Virus record (IMG/VR): IMGVR_UViG_3300024273_002067
From: a virus
Taxonomy: Duplodnaviria; Heunggongvirae; Uroviricota; Caudoviricetes
Length of the DNA: 64,000 nucleotides
Strand: one strand, 5' to 3'
Both the position numbers and the translations under genes were made by a program. Shown here one piece after another: positions 8,406 to 17,984 of this stretch; position 1 is the first letter of the stretch; the number at the start of each line of letters is the position of its first letter. Under the pieces are notes generated by a model that was given only the letters and a program-made list of their open reading frames with translations, searched no databases and had not been told where the DNA came from.

Positions 8406-8996
8406 ATGGCTAAACTTTACTTCAGATATTCCACAATGGGAGCAGGTAAGTCTTTAGACTTATTAAAAACAGCTCACAATTACGAAGAAAGAAAAAAGAA
8501 AGTTTTTCTTTTCACATCGGATTTGGATAATAGATATGGAAAAAAGAAAATAACCTCTAGGCTAGGAATAAGTCGTGATGCGAACACTTTCAACGAAGAA
8601 AATGATTTATATAAAATGGTACATGAACACATAGTTGTTAATAATGAAGAGCTTACTTGTGTCTTAGTTGATGAAGCACAATTTTTAACAAAGGAACAAG
8701 TGTGGCAATTAACTGATATTGTAGACCAGTTAAACATTGTGGTTATTGCATATGGATTACGTTCTGACTATCAAGGAGAACCATTCGAAGGTTCTACATA
8801 CTTAATGACTCTGGCAGATAGAATAGAAGAGCTAAAGACAATTTGTGAATTTGGAGACAAAGCTTCAATGAATATGAGACTACTGAATGGTGAGCCAATT
8901 TTTCAAGGTGAACAAGTTCAAATTGGAGGAAATGAATCTTACCTTCCTGTTTGTAGAAAGTATTTTAAAAAACAAAAACAAAAAACAAATGGTTGA
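8406..8996 (+). CDS. tdk: Thymidine kinase
   Basis: P-loop GAGKS, VDEAQF, C-terminal zinc ribbon. Confidence 0.9.
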   Translation: MAKLYFRYSTMGAGKSLDLLKTAHNYEERKKKVFLFTSDLDNRYGKKKITSRLGISRDANTFNEENDLYKMVHEHIVVNNEELTCVLVDEAQFLTKEQVWQLTDIVDQLNIVVIAYGLRSDYQGEPFEGSTYLMTLADRIEELKTICEFGDKASMNMRLLNGEPIFQGEQVQIGGNESYLPVCRKYFKKQKQKTNG

Positions 8997-9270
8997 CTTA
9001 AACATATGTAGACCTGGTGATATTTTATCTTCCTCTCATGGAGCAATATTGAAGTACATTGAATCACTTGGAGAAGATGACTACATGGACCATAAAGTTC
9101 AGTACTTAAAAGTAAATAATGTATATGGAAATGGAAAAAGTAGAGATGTGTTGGGAGAGTCTTATGGCTCAAGAGATAGGTGGGGTTTTGTGTACAAAAA
9201 AAACAGAAAAGAGAGTGACCACAATATCGTAGAAATAAGAAAAGCATTAATAATAGAAAGAAAAAAATAA
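8989..9270 (+). CDS. hypothetical protein (start re-called to ATG 8989; ATGGTTGA overlap with tdk)
   Basis: Internal ATG overlapping the tdk stop in the same start/stop overlap style seen elsewhere. Confidence 0.4.
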   Translation: MVDLNICRPGDILSSSHGAILKYIESLGEDDYMDHKVQYLKVNNVYGNGKSRDVLGESYGSRDRWGFVYKKNRKESDHNIVEIRKALIIERKK

Positions 9271-9470
9271 TGGAACTAAAAACCTCAATAGAATTACCAG
9301 TTATTCATAATGTAAAATATAATCGCATAAAGTTTTACAAAATAGATGCAATAGCTAAAGCAAAAGATTATAATAAAGATGTAACTATAGTTTTTTCTTC
9401 AGGGCTTGAATATGTTTGCGATATACCATATGATGAACTTGAGGAACTAATTTTAAGAAACAAAAAATAA
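9270..9470 (+). CDS. hypothetical protein
   Basis: ORF. Confidence 0.4.
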   Translation: MELKTSIELPVIHNVKYNRIKFYKIDAIAKAKDYNKDVTIVFSSGLEYVCDIPYDELEELILRNKK

Positions 9471-9489
9471 AACCAGCAATATAAAAAAT

Positions 9490-11157
9490 ATGAAATCAGC
9501 AGAATTCCTAACGAAAACAACATCAGAAAAAGAAATTTTCACGTATGAAGACTTTACACATGAGCAAGTAATGATGTATGAAGCAACTAAAGACTTTATT
9601 AACAAAACTATAATTCCTAATATTGAATCTATAGAAAAACAAGAAGGCACAATAGTTTCTGACATATTGAAACAGGCGGGCGAATTAGGACTTTTGGGAG
9701 TCACCGTACCCGAATCTCTAGGAGGCTTAAGCATGGACTTTAACACATCTATGTTAATAGCTGATATAATTGGAATATCTGGTTCATTTGGAACAACTTA
9801 TGGTGCGCACACTGGAATAGGTACTTTGCCTATTTTATACTATGGAAATAAAGTTCAGAAAGAGAAGTACATACCTAAATTAGCTACTGGTGAACTTGTT
9901 GGATGTTATTGCCTAACCGAACCTGGTGCTGGCAGTGATGCTAACGCTGGTAAAACTAGTGCAAAAAGAAGCAAGGACAAAAAAAGTTTTATAATAAATG
10001 GTCAAAAAATATGGATTAGCAATGGTGGATTTGCTGATATTATGATTGTTTTTGCAAAAATAGGAAAAGACAAAAACCACAGTGCATTTATTGTTGAATC
10101 AAAAACAAAAGGTATCACAATGGGGCCAGAAGAAGTTAAGTTAGGAATTAAAGGCTCTTCTACAAGACAAATATTTTATGAAAATGTAGAGGTTCCTTCT
10201 GAAAATTTACTAGGAAAAAGAGGTCAAGGATTTGAAATAGCTTTAAACATATTAAACATTGGCAGAATTAAGTTATGTGCATCTGCAATAGGAGGTGCCA
10301 AACAATTAATAACACAGTCAAAAGAATATGCAGAAGACAGGAAGCAGTTTGGAACTGAAATAAGAAACTTTGGCGCTATAAGAGAAAAGGTAGCTTTAAT
10401 GATGTCTAAGACGTTTGTTTCTGAAAGTTTAATGTATAGAGCTGGGCAGGACATTGAGTCAAGAGGAGCTTCGGTAGGCACAGTTAAAGCTACAAGTGAA
10501 TATGCTATAGAGTGTGCAATTGCAAAGGTGCATGGTTCTGAAGTTTTAGACTATGTTGTTGATGAGTCTTTGCAAATTCATGGTGGAATGGGTTATTCTG
10601 CTGAATTCCCAATAGAAAGGGCTTATAGAGACTCTAGAATAGCAAGAATATATGAAGGTACCAATGAAATAAATAGACTTATGTTAGTTGGACAATTTCT
10701 TAAAAAAATAAAAAACAAAGAGTTGTCAATCAACAAAAATGTTATTAAAGCCTATTCAAAAATAATAACCCCCTCACAACTAACTTGTTGCAGTGGCATT
10801 TCTCTAATTGAAAATCATAAAATTTTACTTGGATTCTTAGTTGCTAAAGTGTATAAGAAGTTTGGTAAAAACTTATTTAATCATCAACAGGTTGTTATGT
10901 GGATTGCGGATATTATAATAGAAATATATGCAAATGAAAGCGGTTTTTTAAGGTCTAAAAAGACTGGTTACTTGAGCCAAAAAGAAATGTCTAAACTATA
11001 CTTGTATGAATCAAATCAGCTTATAAATAAAGTTGCCACAAAAATAGTTGACTCATCGACCAGTGGTGTTGGTAGGTTTTTCGCTAAAAAAATAGTAAAT
11101 AAATTAACTAACCAGTCACACGAAAATAGAGAAGATTTAACAATTAAAATGTATTAA
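9490..11157 (+). CDS. Acyl-CoA dehydrogenase with an ~170-aa C-terminal extension
   Basis: CLTEPGAGSDA motif and FAD/ACAD fold regions. Confidence 0.8.
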   Translation: MKSAEFLTKTTSEKEIFTYEDFTHEQVMMYEATKDFINKTIIPNIESIEKQEGTIVSDILKQAGELGLLGVTVPESLGGLSMDFNTSMLIADIIGISGSFGTTYGAHTGIGTLPILYYGNKVQKEKYIPKLATGELVGCYCLTEPGAGSDANAGKTSAKRSKDKKSFIINGQKIWISNGGFADIMIVFAKIGKDKNHSAFIVESKTKGITMGPEEVKLGIKGSSTRQIFYENVEVPSENLLGKRGQGFEIALNILNIGRIKLCASAIGGAKQLITQSKEYAEDRKQFGTEIRNFGAIREKVALMMSKTFVSESLMYRAGQDIESRGASVGTVKATSEYAIECAIAKVHGSEVLDYVVDESLQIHGGMGYSAEFPIERAYRDSRIARIYEGTNEINRLMLVGQFLKKIKNKELSINKNVIKAYSKIITPSQLTCCSGISLIENHKILLGFLVAKVYKKFGKNLFNHQQVVMWIADIIIEIYANESGFLRSKKTGYLSQKEMSKLYLYESNQLINKVATKIVDSSTSGVGRFFAKKIVNKLTNQSHENREDLTIKMY

Positions 11158-11412
11158 TGAGCATTCAAAAAAAGTGTTTTAAAGCGCTAGCATACTTTAA
11201 CAGAAAATGCCTACCCAGTTTATCAAAAAGACGTGTTGACATAATGAATATGAAAACTTGGCACAAAGTTTTGTTGGCTTATAAGTGGTGGGTTTTAAAG
11301 AACTCATTAGATTAGACTAATAGGCTATTAATTACGTCTTTATTTTGGTGTTAAATTATGATTCTTATAAAAAAAGTCATATATTAGCATTGCTAAACTA
11401 AAAAACTCAAAC

Positions 11413-11511
11413 ATGGAAGGCATAGAAATAACAATAGGAGTATTTTCTTTGGTGTCTGTAACAATATTTTTTGCAGCAAGAAGATGGTACAAAAGAAATA
11501 AAAATAGATAA
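11413..11511 (+). CDS. possible 32-aa single-TM miniprotein
   Basis: Small hydrophobic ORF in a 430-nt gap; weak. Confidence 0.2.
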   Translation: MEGIEITIGVFSLVSVTIFFAARRWYKRNKNR

Positions 11512-11588
11512 TTGAAAAAATTATTAAGAAACCTTTTCATATTTCTTTATATAAGGAAGATGGGTAAATACAAAAAAGGCAAAAGTAT

Positions 11589-11822
11589 ATGGAAATTTTA
11601 AATACTAATAAACATATATTTAAAAAACAATTGTTGATTGAAAATAAATTTGTAAACCACCTAGAGATATATAAAACTATGAAAAAATGGAAAGATTCTG
11701 GTGTTCTTGATGATTTAATCGTTAATTATGACACTCAAACTCCATTCCTGCCTATTCGCAATAATGATAGCACACAGATAGTTCCTCCCGAGGATGATGA
11801 TGACGAATTAGACATATTCTGA
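11589..11822 (+). CDS. hypothetical protein
   Basis: ORF. Confidence 0.4.
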   Translation: MEILNTNKHIFKKQLLIENKFVNHLEIYKTMKKWKDSGVLDDLIVNYDTQTPFLPIRNNDSTQIVPPEDDDDELDIF

Positions 11823-12208
11823 TGAAAGAAAATGCAAAAGACAAACCAGACCAAGTTGTAGACAACCCAGGCATAATGCCTTACACTACAAATGTGGGAG
11901 CTCCTGCTATAAAATATGAAAATGTTGATTTGTGGAAAAAGAGAGGCGCCAACAAAGTTAACCATCACTTACAGACTAGATTTGAGGAAATTAAAAAAGA
12001 ATACCAAGACTTAATTAAAGAGTTTGAAAATAACAATTTGGTTTACAGTGCTAAATATTCATTTGAACCTGTAATTGGAGAAACTTACTACTTATATGAA
12101 TCAAAAAAAGGTGGCACGTTTTTATCTTTAATAAAACCTGAAGAGTGGAGCCAAAAATTCTTGGGTGGCTTTCAGATAGATAGCCAATTTAAGTGGAACA
12201 AATTATGA
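11822..12208 (+). CDS. hypothetical protein
   Basis: ORF. Confidence 0.4.
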   Translation: MKENAKDKPDQVVDNPGIMPYTTNVGAPAIKYENVDLWKKRGANKVNHHLQTRFEEIKKEYQDLIKEFENNNLVYSAKYSFEPVIGETYYLYESKKGGTFLSLIKPEEWSQKFLGGFQIDSQFKWNKL

Positions 12209-12403
12209 ACTTATAAAAGATGTGAATAATAATGGTAGAATTTATCCAAAAGATTTCTTTATTAGAGAGGTAAACAGAATGGAGAGAAGAAAAGATTTGG
12301 TTATAAGAAAACTTTTAATTGAAAAAAAGAATAAAATTGAACTTAATGGCGTCCTTCAAAGAGTGATAGATTTAAGTGTTAGGTAGTAAATAAATAAATA
12401 ATT

Positions 12404-12892
12404 ATGATAACAGATAAATACGTATTTTTTTGGAGTGGAATCTGCTCACAGTGGGCCGCTTCTGAATTTGAAATTGATGGACAAAAATATACTTGTGCAG
12501 AACAGTATATGATGTATAAAAAAGCTCTTCTTTTTGAAGATGAGGAAGTGGCAAATGCCATAATGAGAACCAATAGCCCAAAAGAACAAAAAGCTTTAGG
12601 AAGAAAAGTTAGAGGTTTTGACAAAGATAAGTGGGAAGAAGTTTGTAAAGAATATGTTTATGAAGCTAACTACGCTAAGTTCACGCAAAACCCACACATG
12701 CTTGAAGAGTTAAAAACTTATGGTGACAGAGAAATTGTTGAGAGTAGTCCAGAAGATTCTATTTGGGGCATTGGAATGCACGAAACTCATCCTGACATTC
12801 TTGACAAATCTAAGTGGCAGGGCCAAAATTGGCTTGGTGAAGCGATAATGCGAGTTAGAGATGAGTTATTAACTGAAAATGTAAACGGTTAA
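12404..12892 (+). CDS. NADAR (YbiA-like / DUF1768) domain protein
   Basis: Aligns along its length with E. coli YbiA (AEQYMMYKKALLF, SP...ALGRKV, AKF, WGIG). Confidence 0.7.
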   Translation: MITDKYVFFWSGICSQWAASEFEIDGQKYTCAEQYMMYKKALLFEDEEVANAIMRTNSPKEQKALGRKVRGFDKDKWEEVCKEYVYEANYAKFTQNPHMLEELKTYGDREIVESSPEDSIWGIGMHETHPDILDKSKWQGQNWLGEAIMRVRDELLTENVNG

Positions 12893-12894
12893 TT

Positions 12895-13263
12895 ATGAGT
12901 GTTAACTTAATATACAGACACACAGGTGACGGAAAGTTTGTTGCTGAAATGGAAGACGGTTCTTTTAAAGACTTGGGTCCCAAAGCTGTAGGCATGATTA
13001 GATATACTTACTTTGAAGATTATCAGTTGCCAGAAGTTGGTTGGGAAATAACAAGAGGCAAGCTTTTAGAGGATTACCAACCAAAGATGTTGAAAGATTA
13101 TCAAAGTGGAAAATTTGAAATTTCTCATACCGATGAAAATGGTGTTAATCATTATAAAGAAAAAGAAGTGTCTCATATAGATGATGAAGGGGTTAAGCAT
13201 TTTAAAGAAAAAGAGGCTCCTAAAGCAGAAGAAGTTGAAGTAAAACAAACTAAAGAAAAATAG
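12895..13263 (+). CDS. hypothetical protein with an internal duplication
   Basis: HTDENGVNHYKEKEV / HIDDEGVKHFKEKEA repeat. Confidence 0.4.
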   Translation: MSVNLIYRHTGDGKFVAEMEDGSFKDLGPKAVGMIRYTYFEDYQLPEVGWEITRGKLLEDYQPKMLKDYQSGKFEISHTDENGVNHYKEKEVSHIDDEGVKHFKEKEAPKAEEVEVKQTKEK

Positions 13264-13266
13264 TAT

Positions 13267-13776
13267 ATGTGGGACATGCAAGAAAATGATTCTTTTGAAA
13301 CTGAAAGAACAGAAACATACAAAAACATAGCTAGAGAGCTAGAGTTTAAAAACGTTAAAGAAATGGTTTCAACAAATAAGAGTTTGAAACTAACAAAAGC
13401 AATAGGACTTTTATGTAAAGCCTATGAAGTTCCCAATGTTTTAGAAAGAAAAGAGTACAAGCCAACAAAAAAAGAGATTTCTATTGCTGAATCAATTGAA
13501 AGTCAAGCAGCCAAATTAGCCAAGAGAGAATGGAATTATTACTTTAAGGCTGGTACTGAAGTAACTCTTGATAAAACAATGTTTCCAGAAAAAGAAGACG
13601 TTTTTGATTTTACGTATAACCTAAAAAGGTTTGCTGGGGTTAGGGGGATTGTTGTCCAAGTTTCTTATGATTTGCATGCGTTTGGACAAGGAACTTCATA
13701 TAATATGGATATTGATTTTAATGGAGAGATTGCAAGAAATGTATGGGCTCCTTATGTTATTGAATATGAAAAGTAA
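13267..13776 (+). CDS. hypothetical protein
   Basis: ORF. Confidence 0.4.
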   Translation: MWDMQENDSFETERTETYKNIARELEFKNVKEMVSTNKSLKLTKAIGLLCKAYEVPNVLERKEYKPTKKEISIAESIESQAAKLAKREWNYYFKAGTEVTLDKTMFPEKEDVFDFTYNLKRFAGVRGIVVQVSYDLHAFGQGTSYNMDIDFNGEIARNVWAPYVIEYEK

Positions 13777-13883
13777 ACCTATTATTTGTGATTCTTGTAT
13801 TGGAGGCAACTTGTTTGATGACATAGAAAGATATGAGACATTAGATGAGGTTGAAAATAGAATAAAAAAATTATTATTATAAA

Positions 13884-14111
13884 ATGAAAGAAGTAAATAC
13901 AATAGATTTAAAATATTTTAAAAAGTATGTCAGAAGTTATAATGAAAATAATTTTCAATACAATGAAACTTTTATAAGAGATATGTTATATGGTATAGGA
14001 TTGTCTGTTGATAAAGATAATTTTAGAATGGCTAATGGATTCAGAAAATTTGAAGACCTATTGTTGGATGAGGTTATTATTCATCGTAAATTATTATTAG
14101 AAAGAGAATAA
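13884..14111 (+). CDS. hypothetical protein
   Basis: ORF. Confidence 0.35.
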   Translation: MKEVNTIDLKYFKKYVRSYNENNFQYNETFIRDMLYGIGLSVDKDNFRMANGFRKFEDLLLDEVIIHRKLLLERE

Positions 14112-14115
14112 TACA

Positions 14116-14364
14116 ATGAACCCTTTTGATACTGAAATAAAACATAAGGATGGAATCTCTTCTTTAAAAGTGCATGTTATGTACATAGACGGAGACTTTA
14201 AGATTTGTGATGGTTGTGATAAAAGAAAAGAACGTATTGCTGCCATAAGAATGATTTGTGGTGATGTTGCCTGCATTTGTCAAGATTGTATTATGGATTT
14301 GTCTAGAGCTTGGGATGAGCCAAGAACTTTATTGACAGAATTTATGGATATTTATGAGAAATAG
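14116..14364 (+). CDS. C4 zinc-ribbon protein resembling the ClpX N-terminal zinc-binding domain
   Basis: CDGCD-x12-ICGDVACICQDC; pattern Cx2C...I.G...IC..C. Confidence 0.35.
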   Translation: MNPFDTEIKHKDGISSLKVHVMYIDGDFKICDGCDKRKERIAAIRMICGDVACICQDCIMDLSRAWDEPRTLLTEFMDIYEK

Positions 14365-14465
14365 TTTTATTTCTTAATGGGTTTTTATATTTTTTTTATT
14401 ATCTTTGGCTGTGTTGTTCTAATTTCTGGAATTATGTTAGACAACTATGTTAATAATAAAAATGA

Positions 14466-14999
14466 ATGAATATAATATCAACTGGCATAGAAGGGTTATT
14501 AGTAATTGAGCCAAGCATATTTGAAGATGAGAGGGGTTATTTTTATGAATCCTACAATAAAGAAAGGTTTGATTCTTTAGGTATATTTTCTGGCGCTTTT
14601 GTACAAGACAACCAAAGCAAGTCAAACAAAGGTGTGTTGAGAGGGTTACACTTTCAAAATGCTCCGTTTGCCCAGGGGAAACTTGTTAGAGTTATAAGCG
14701 GCTCAGTTTTAGATGTTGCTGTTGATTTGAGAAAGGATTCAAAAACTTATGGAAAGCATTTTTCTATTAAGTTAACTGGTGATAACAAAAAAATGTTCTG
14801 GGTTCCTGAGGGGTTTGCTCATGGATTTTCAACTCTGGAAGATGACACTATATTTTCTTATAAATGTACCAACTATTACCACAAGAACTCTGAAGGTTGT
14901 ATTTTGTGGAATGATTCTAACCTAAGTATAGATTGGGGCGTGTTAAATCCAATTGTTTCAGAAAAAGATAAAAACGGAATTAAATTTAGTGATTTTTAA
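14466..14999 (+). CDS. rfbC: dTDP-4-dehydrorhamnose 3,5-epimerase (RmlC, cupin)
   Basis: Aligns along its length with RfbC (FEDERGYF, VQDN.S.S.KGVLRGLHFQ, WVPEGFAHGF). Confidence 0.9.
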   Translation: MNIISTGIEGLLVIEPSIFEDERGYFYESYNKERFDSLGIFSGAFVQDNQSKSNKGVLRGLHFQNAPFAQGKLVRVISGSVLDVAVDLRKDSKTYGKHFSIKLTGDNKKMFWVPEGFAHGFSTLEDDTIFSYKCTNYYHKNSEGCILWNDSNLSIDWGVLNPIVSEKDKNGIKFSDF

Positions 15000-15003
15000 T
15001 TAT

Positions 15004-15261
15004 ATGGTGGGTGAGAATAGTAGGAGGCTTTTAATTGAAAATAGTAGAGAACTTTTTTTGAGTGCAGAATTAAAGGCTAGAAGAATAATAAGAACTAATG
15101 GAAATTTTAACGTAAGAGAAGATGTTAAATTTATAGAATCACTAAAAGAAGGGTTGCTAATAAGTTACAAAGATAATAAAGAGCTATCTAAGTATATTGA
15201 CTATTGGAATTTAGTTTTATACTACTTGAGGAAAATTGTATATGAAAATGAATGTTTATAA
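15004..15261 (+). CDS. hypothetical protein (start re-called)
   Basis: ORF. Confidence 0.3.
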   Translation: MVGENSRRLLIENSRELFLSAELKARRIIRTNGNFNVREDVKFIESLKEGLLISYKDNKELSKYIDYWNLVLYYLRKIVYENECL

Positions 15262-15281
15262 TCAAGATGTAAAAACAATTC

Positions 15282-15665
15282 TTGAAGTGTATAAAATATT
15301 TAAAAAATAATATGAAAAAAATTAATTGGTTTGAGTCAGCTGGTGTTCTTGGCGGAGAAAGGGGTTTAGAAGTAGATTTTAAATCTGGCAAAATAGAATA
15401 TCATAATGGAAAGACGTCTAAAATAGATGGAAATGAAAAAGAAGTTTTATGGGTTATAAATAAAAATATTGAACAGATATCAAAAAAAATACATAAACTA
15501 TCTCACAGACTAAACTTAATAAAGCCAGAAAGGAGAAAGATAAGTGGAGGATATGCAGAATTGTCCGCACTATCAGAAGAGGGAAAAATTAGGTATCGAG
15601 ATAAAATAAAAAAGCTAAATTTAGATTTAGATTTTTATTATGAAAAAAAAGAAATATATGAATAA
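15282..15665 (+). CDS. hypothetical protein
   Basis: ORF. Confidence 0.4.
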   Translation: MKCIKYLKNNMKKINWFESAGVLGGERGLEVDFKSGKIEYHNGKTSKIDGNEKEVLWVINKNIEQISKKIHKLSHRLNLIKPERRKISGGYAELSALSEEGKIRYRDKIKKLNLDLDFYYEKKEIYE

Positions 15666-15811
15666 GAACAACAAAGCAGAAGAAATTAATTTTTAATTTT
15701 ATAAAATTTCTTATATTCTTTTCTGTCTTTTATGACTACAACTCCAATTAAAGTAATAGAAATTACATAAAAAGTTACAATCGACAATAATTCTAAGTAA
15801 TTCATCTTTCT

Positions 15812-16906
15812 TTAGTTTTTTAAATTATAATAAGTCCAACTAAACTGTTCCATATCTATTCCACTTAACATTTCGCTTACCACTACAGCTGTGCCATAAT
15901 TTTCTTCAACATTTACATTTCCAAATAAAGAAATATAACCGACAGCATCCGCTCTAAAATGTGCTTGTGATAAACCATCGTAAATAACTTCAGAATTAAC
16001 AATTGTAAATGGAGCATTCCACTGGCCTTCGCCACCATCTATTTCAAAAGCGTGGTCAGTAGACAGACTAGGCACTATAAGAACATTGTCAATGTCTCCA
16101 CTGTAAGCCTGGTCAATGTCTATGCAGTCGTCACCAACATTCCATACTAATAAATTAGAACAATTGACATTTCCACCAAACCATTCTATGCCATCGTCTT
16201 GATTGGCAACCACTTCAATGTTGTTAATAGTTGTTAAATTTCCGACTCCAGCCAAAGTTAGTCCATTAATTTCATTACCCTCACCAATATTTGAGCCTCC
16301 ATGTCTTATCGAAACATAAGATAGAATACCGCTATTATCAAAATCATCAGCTCCGCCATATAAACCATTTTGGTCTGATGCAGGAATTCCTTCAATTTGT
16401 ATCGATTGCATATTCCCAGGTGCTGATATGGGTGCTTTTCCACATATTATAATACCACCCCACAATCCATAAATATTTTCATTTAAAGAATTTCCTATCA
16501 CCTGGCCCACCTGAATATCGTCTGCTATTGATGTGAAAATTATTGGTTGTTCTGGTGTTCCTTGAGCGTTAATCTTACCCCCTCTTGCCACAATTAAACA
16601 AGATGCATTAGCTCCCGTTCCTGCTTCTGCCTTTATAATTGTACCCGGCTCTATTGTTAGAGTGACTCCATCCACAACACTAACCCTACTTTGGATAATC
16701 CATATTTTGTCTGAAGTTAATGTTGTATTTGTTGTAATATTGCCAGTTATAGTATGTTCTGGAAATGTGTGTTCACAAGAGCCATCATTTTGTTCTGCAT
16801 GTTGATTGTAGTTGTTAGCAGTAGGGTCAGTGCATCCTTTTTTCTTACAAGAATATAGTGTTAACGAAGCTATAAATGCTAAAATTAATATTGTTGTTTT
16901 TTTCAT
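15812..16906 (-). CDS. Lipoprotein, right-handed beta-helix (pectate-lyase-like) repeat protein
   Basis: Lipobox LYSC; Flavobacteria-type CTDPTANNYN...DGSCEH motif; repetitive G/N-rich beta-helix. Confidence 0.55.
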   Translation of the reverse strand: MKKTTILILAFIASLTLYSCKKKGCTDPTANNYNQHAEQNDGSCEHTFPEHTITGNITTNTTLTSDKIWIIQSRVSVVDGVTLTIEPGTIIKAEAGTGANASCLIVARGGKINAQGTPEQPIIFTSIADDIQVGQVIGNSLNENIYGLWGGIIICGKAPISAPGNMQSIQIEGIPASDQNGLYGGADDFDNSGILSYVSIRHGGSNIGEGNEINGLTLAGVGNLTTINNIEVVANQDDGIEWFGGNVNCSNLLVWNVGDDCIDIDQAYSGDIDNVLIVPSLSTDHAFEIDGGEGQWNAPFTIVNSEVIYDGLSQAHFRADAVGYISLFGNVNVEENYGTAVVVSEMLSGIDMEQFSWTYYNLKN

Positions 16907-17069
16907 CTTTAGTTTTAATAATAAATAAAAGCAATAATTATTAATTTAGCGTTTTACTATTAACAAATTGTTACCATATCACAGTGTTATTGTTAATGTA
17001 GAATTTTTAAAAAAATAATATAAAAATATACTTTTTTTAACTTATTTATGTTTTCAAAAACAGACAAAA

Positions 17070-17369
17070 ATGAGTTTAAAAAAAATGAAAAAGGAGTATC
17101 GTGATACTTCAAAAAAAGAGATTGCAAAAGGTGTTGCTGAAAATTTTACATACGGCTTTTTGGGCTCGACATTAATCGTATTTATTTCTAGTGGAATAGA
17201 CATAGCAGTTCTGTTTAGCTATATGGTATACTACTTCTTTTTGGGAAGAGTTGTAAATAGACCCAAATACGTAACATCAATTGGTAAGTTTATAGTATTT
17301 CCAATACCAACATCAATAGGAGCATTTATTGGGTATAAATTAGCTAATTTTATTTCAGTATTCTTTTAA
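17070..17369 (+). CDS. membrane protein
   Basis: 2-3 TM segments. Confidence 0.4.
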   Translation: MSLKKMKKEYRDTSKKEIAKGVAENFTYGFLGSTLIVFISSGIDIAVLFSYMVYYFFLGRVVNRPKYVTSIGKFIVFPIPTSIGAFIGYKLANFISVFF

Positions 17370-17379
17370 TTATATATTT

Positions 17380-17946
17380 ATGGGTATGAATGAAATTTTA
17401 AAAAAAATTTACGAATCTTCAGCATACACTAAAGAAGTTAAGAACGAAACTGTTTTTAATGAAAATACAGTAGGAAGCCCAGTATACGGAGAAGTAACTC
17501 AAAGTGGCACTGAAGCTATAATAGATAAGTTTTCAGAATACTTTAATGTAGACACTGTATTTTATGACTTGGGCTCTGGATTAGGTAAAATGGTGGCTCA
17601 TGTTGGATTGACTGTGGGAGCAAAATCAATAGGTATAGAATACAGTAAAGAAAGACATGGTGGAGCAAGTGTGATGAAGGATAACTACATCCCAGATTGT
17701 GATAATGTATCATTCAAAAATGGAAATGTATTAGACTTTGACCTTTCCGATGCTACAGTTATATATATGGATAATACAGTTTTTCCAAAACACATAGATT
17801 TAGAAATATACAAAAAATTAAGTAGTGGCTGTCTAGTGTTGTATAAAAAGAAGTTAATTGGCATAGAAGAAGAACAGAACTTTCAAAGAGACTTAGTGGA
17901 CAGAACATATCATCAAAGAGGTTTATATTGGATGACTAAATCTTAA
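17380..17946 (+). CDS. Class I SAM-dependent methyltransferase, DOT1-like motif set
   Basis: FYDLGSGLGKMV...GIE and VIYMDNTVF resemble the DOT1 DLGSGVG and VIFVNNFAF motifs. Confidence 0.5.
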   Translation: MGMNEILKKIYESSAYTKEVKNETVFNENTVGSPVYGEVTQSGTEAIIDKFSEYFNVDTVFYDLGSGLGKMVAHVGLTVGAKSIGIEYSKERHGGASVMKDNYIPDCDNVSFKNGNVLDFDLSDATVIYMDNTVFPKHIDLEIYKKLSSGCLVLYKKKLIGIEEEQNFQRDLVDRTYHQRGLYWMTKS

Positions 17947-17984
17947 AATTTGTAATATTTTCTATTAAACTACGTTATTAACGT

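Noticed and set aside
8480-8737. Antisense ORFs inside tdk, and similar antisense/overlapping track ORFs (2086..2289, 4588..4788, 5596..5817, 5905..6132, 6329..6544, 8939..9247, 10224..10481, 11735..11968, 12379..12624, 13066..13281, 13696..13902, 19562..19843, 28374..28724, 44248..44460, 50084..50350, 53908..54369, 61911..62132 and others)
   Set aside because: They are fully embedded opposite or out of frame in strongly supported genes (tdk, thyA, ACAD, topA, clpC, S8 protease and others). They have low complexity and no motifs.
11158-11412. Possible ncRNA in the 430-nt gap after the ACAD gene
   Set aside because: Only weak local complementarity and no terminator. The region contains small hydrophobic ORFs that explain it equally well. 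It is kept only as a low-confidence miniprotein feature.
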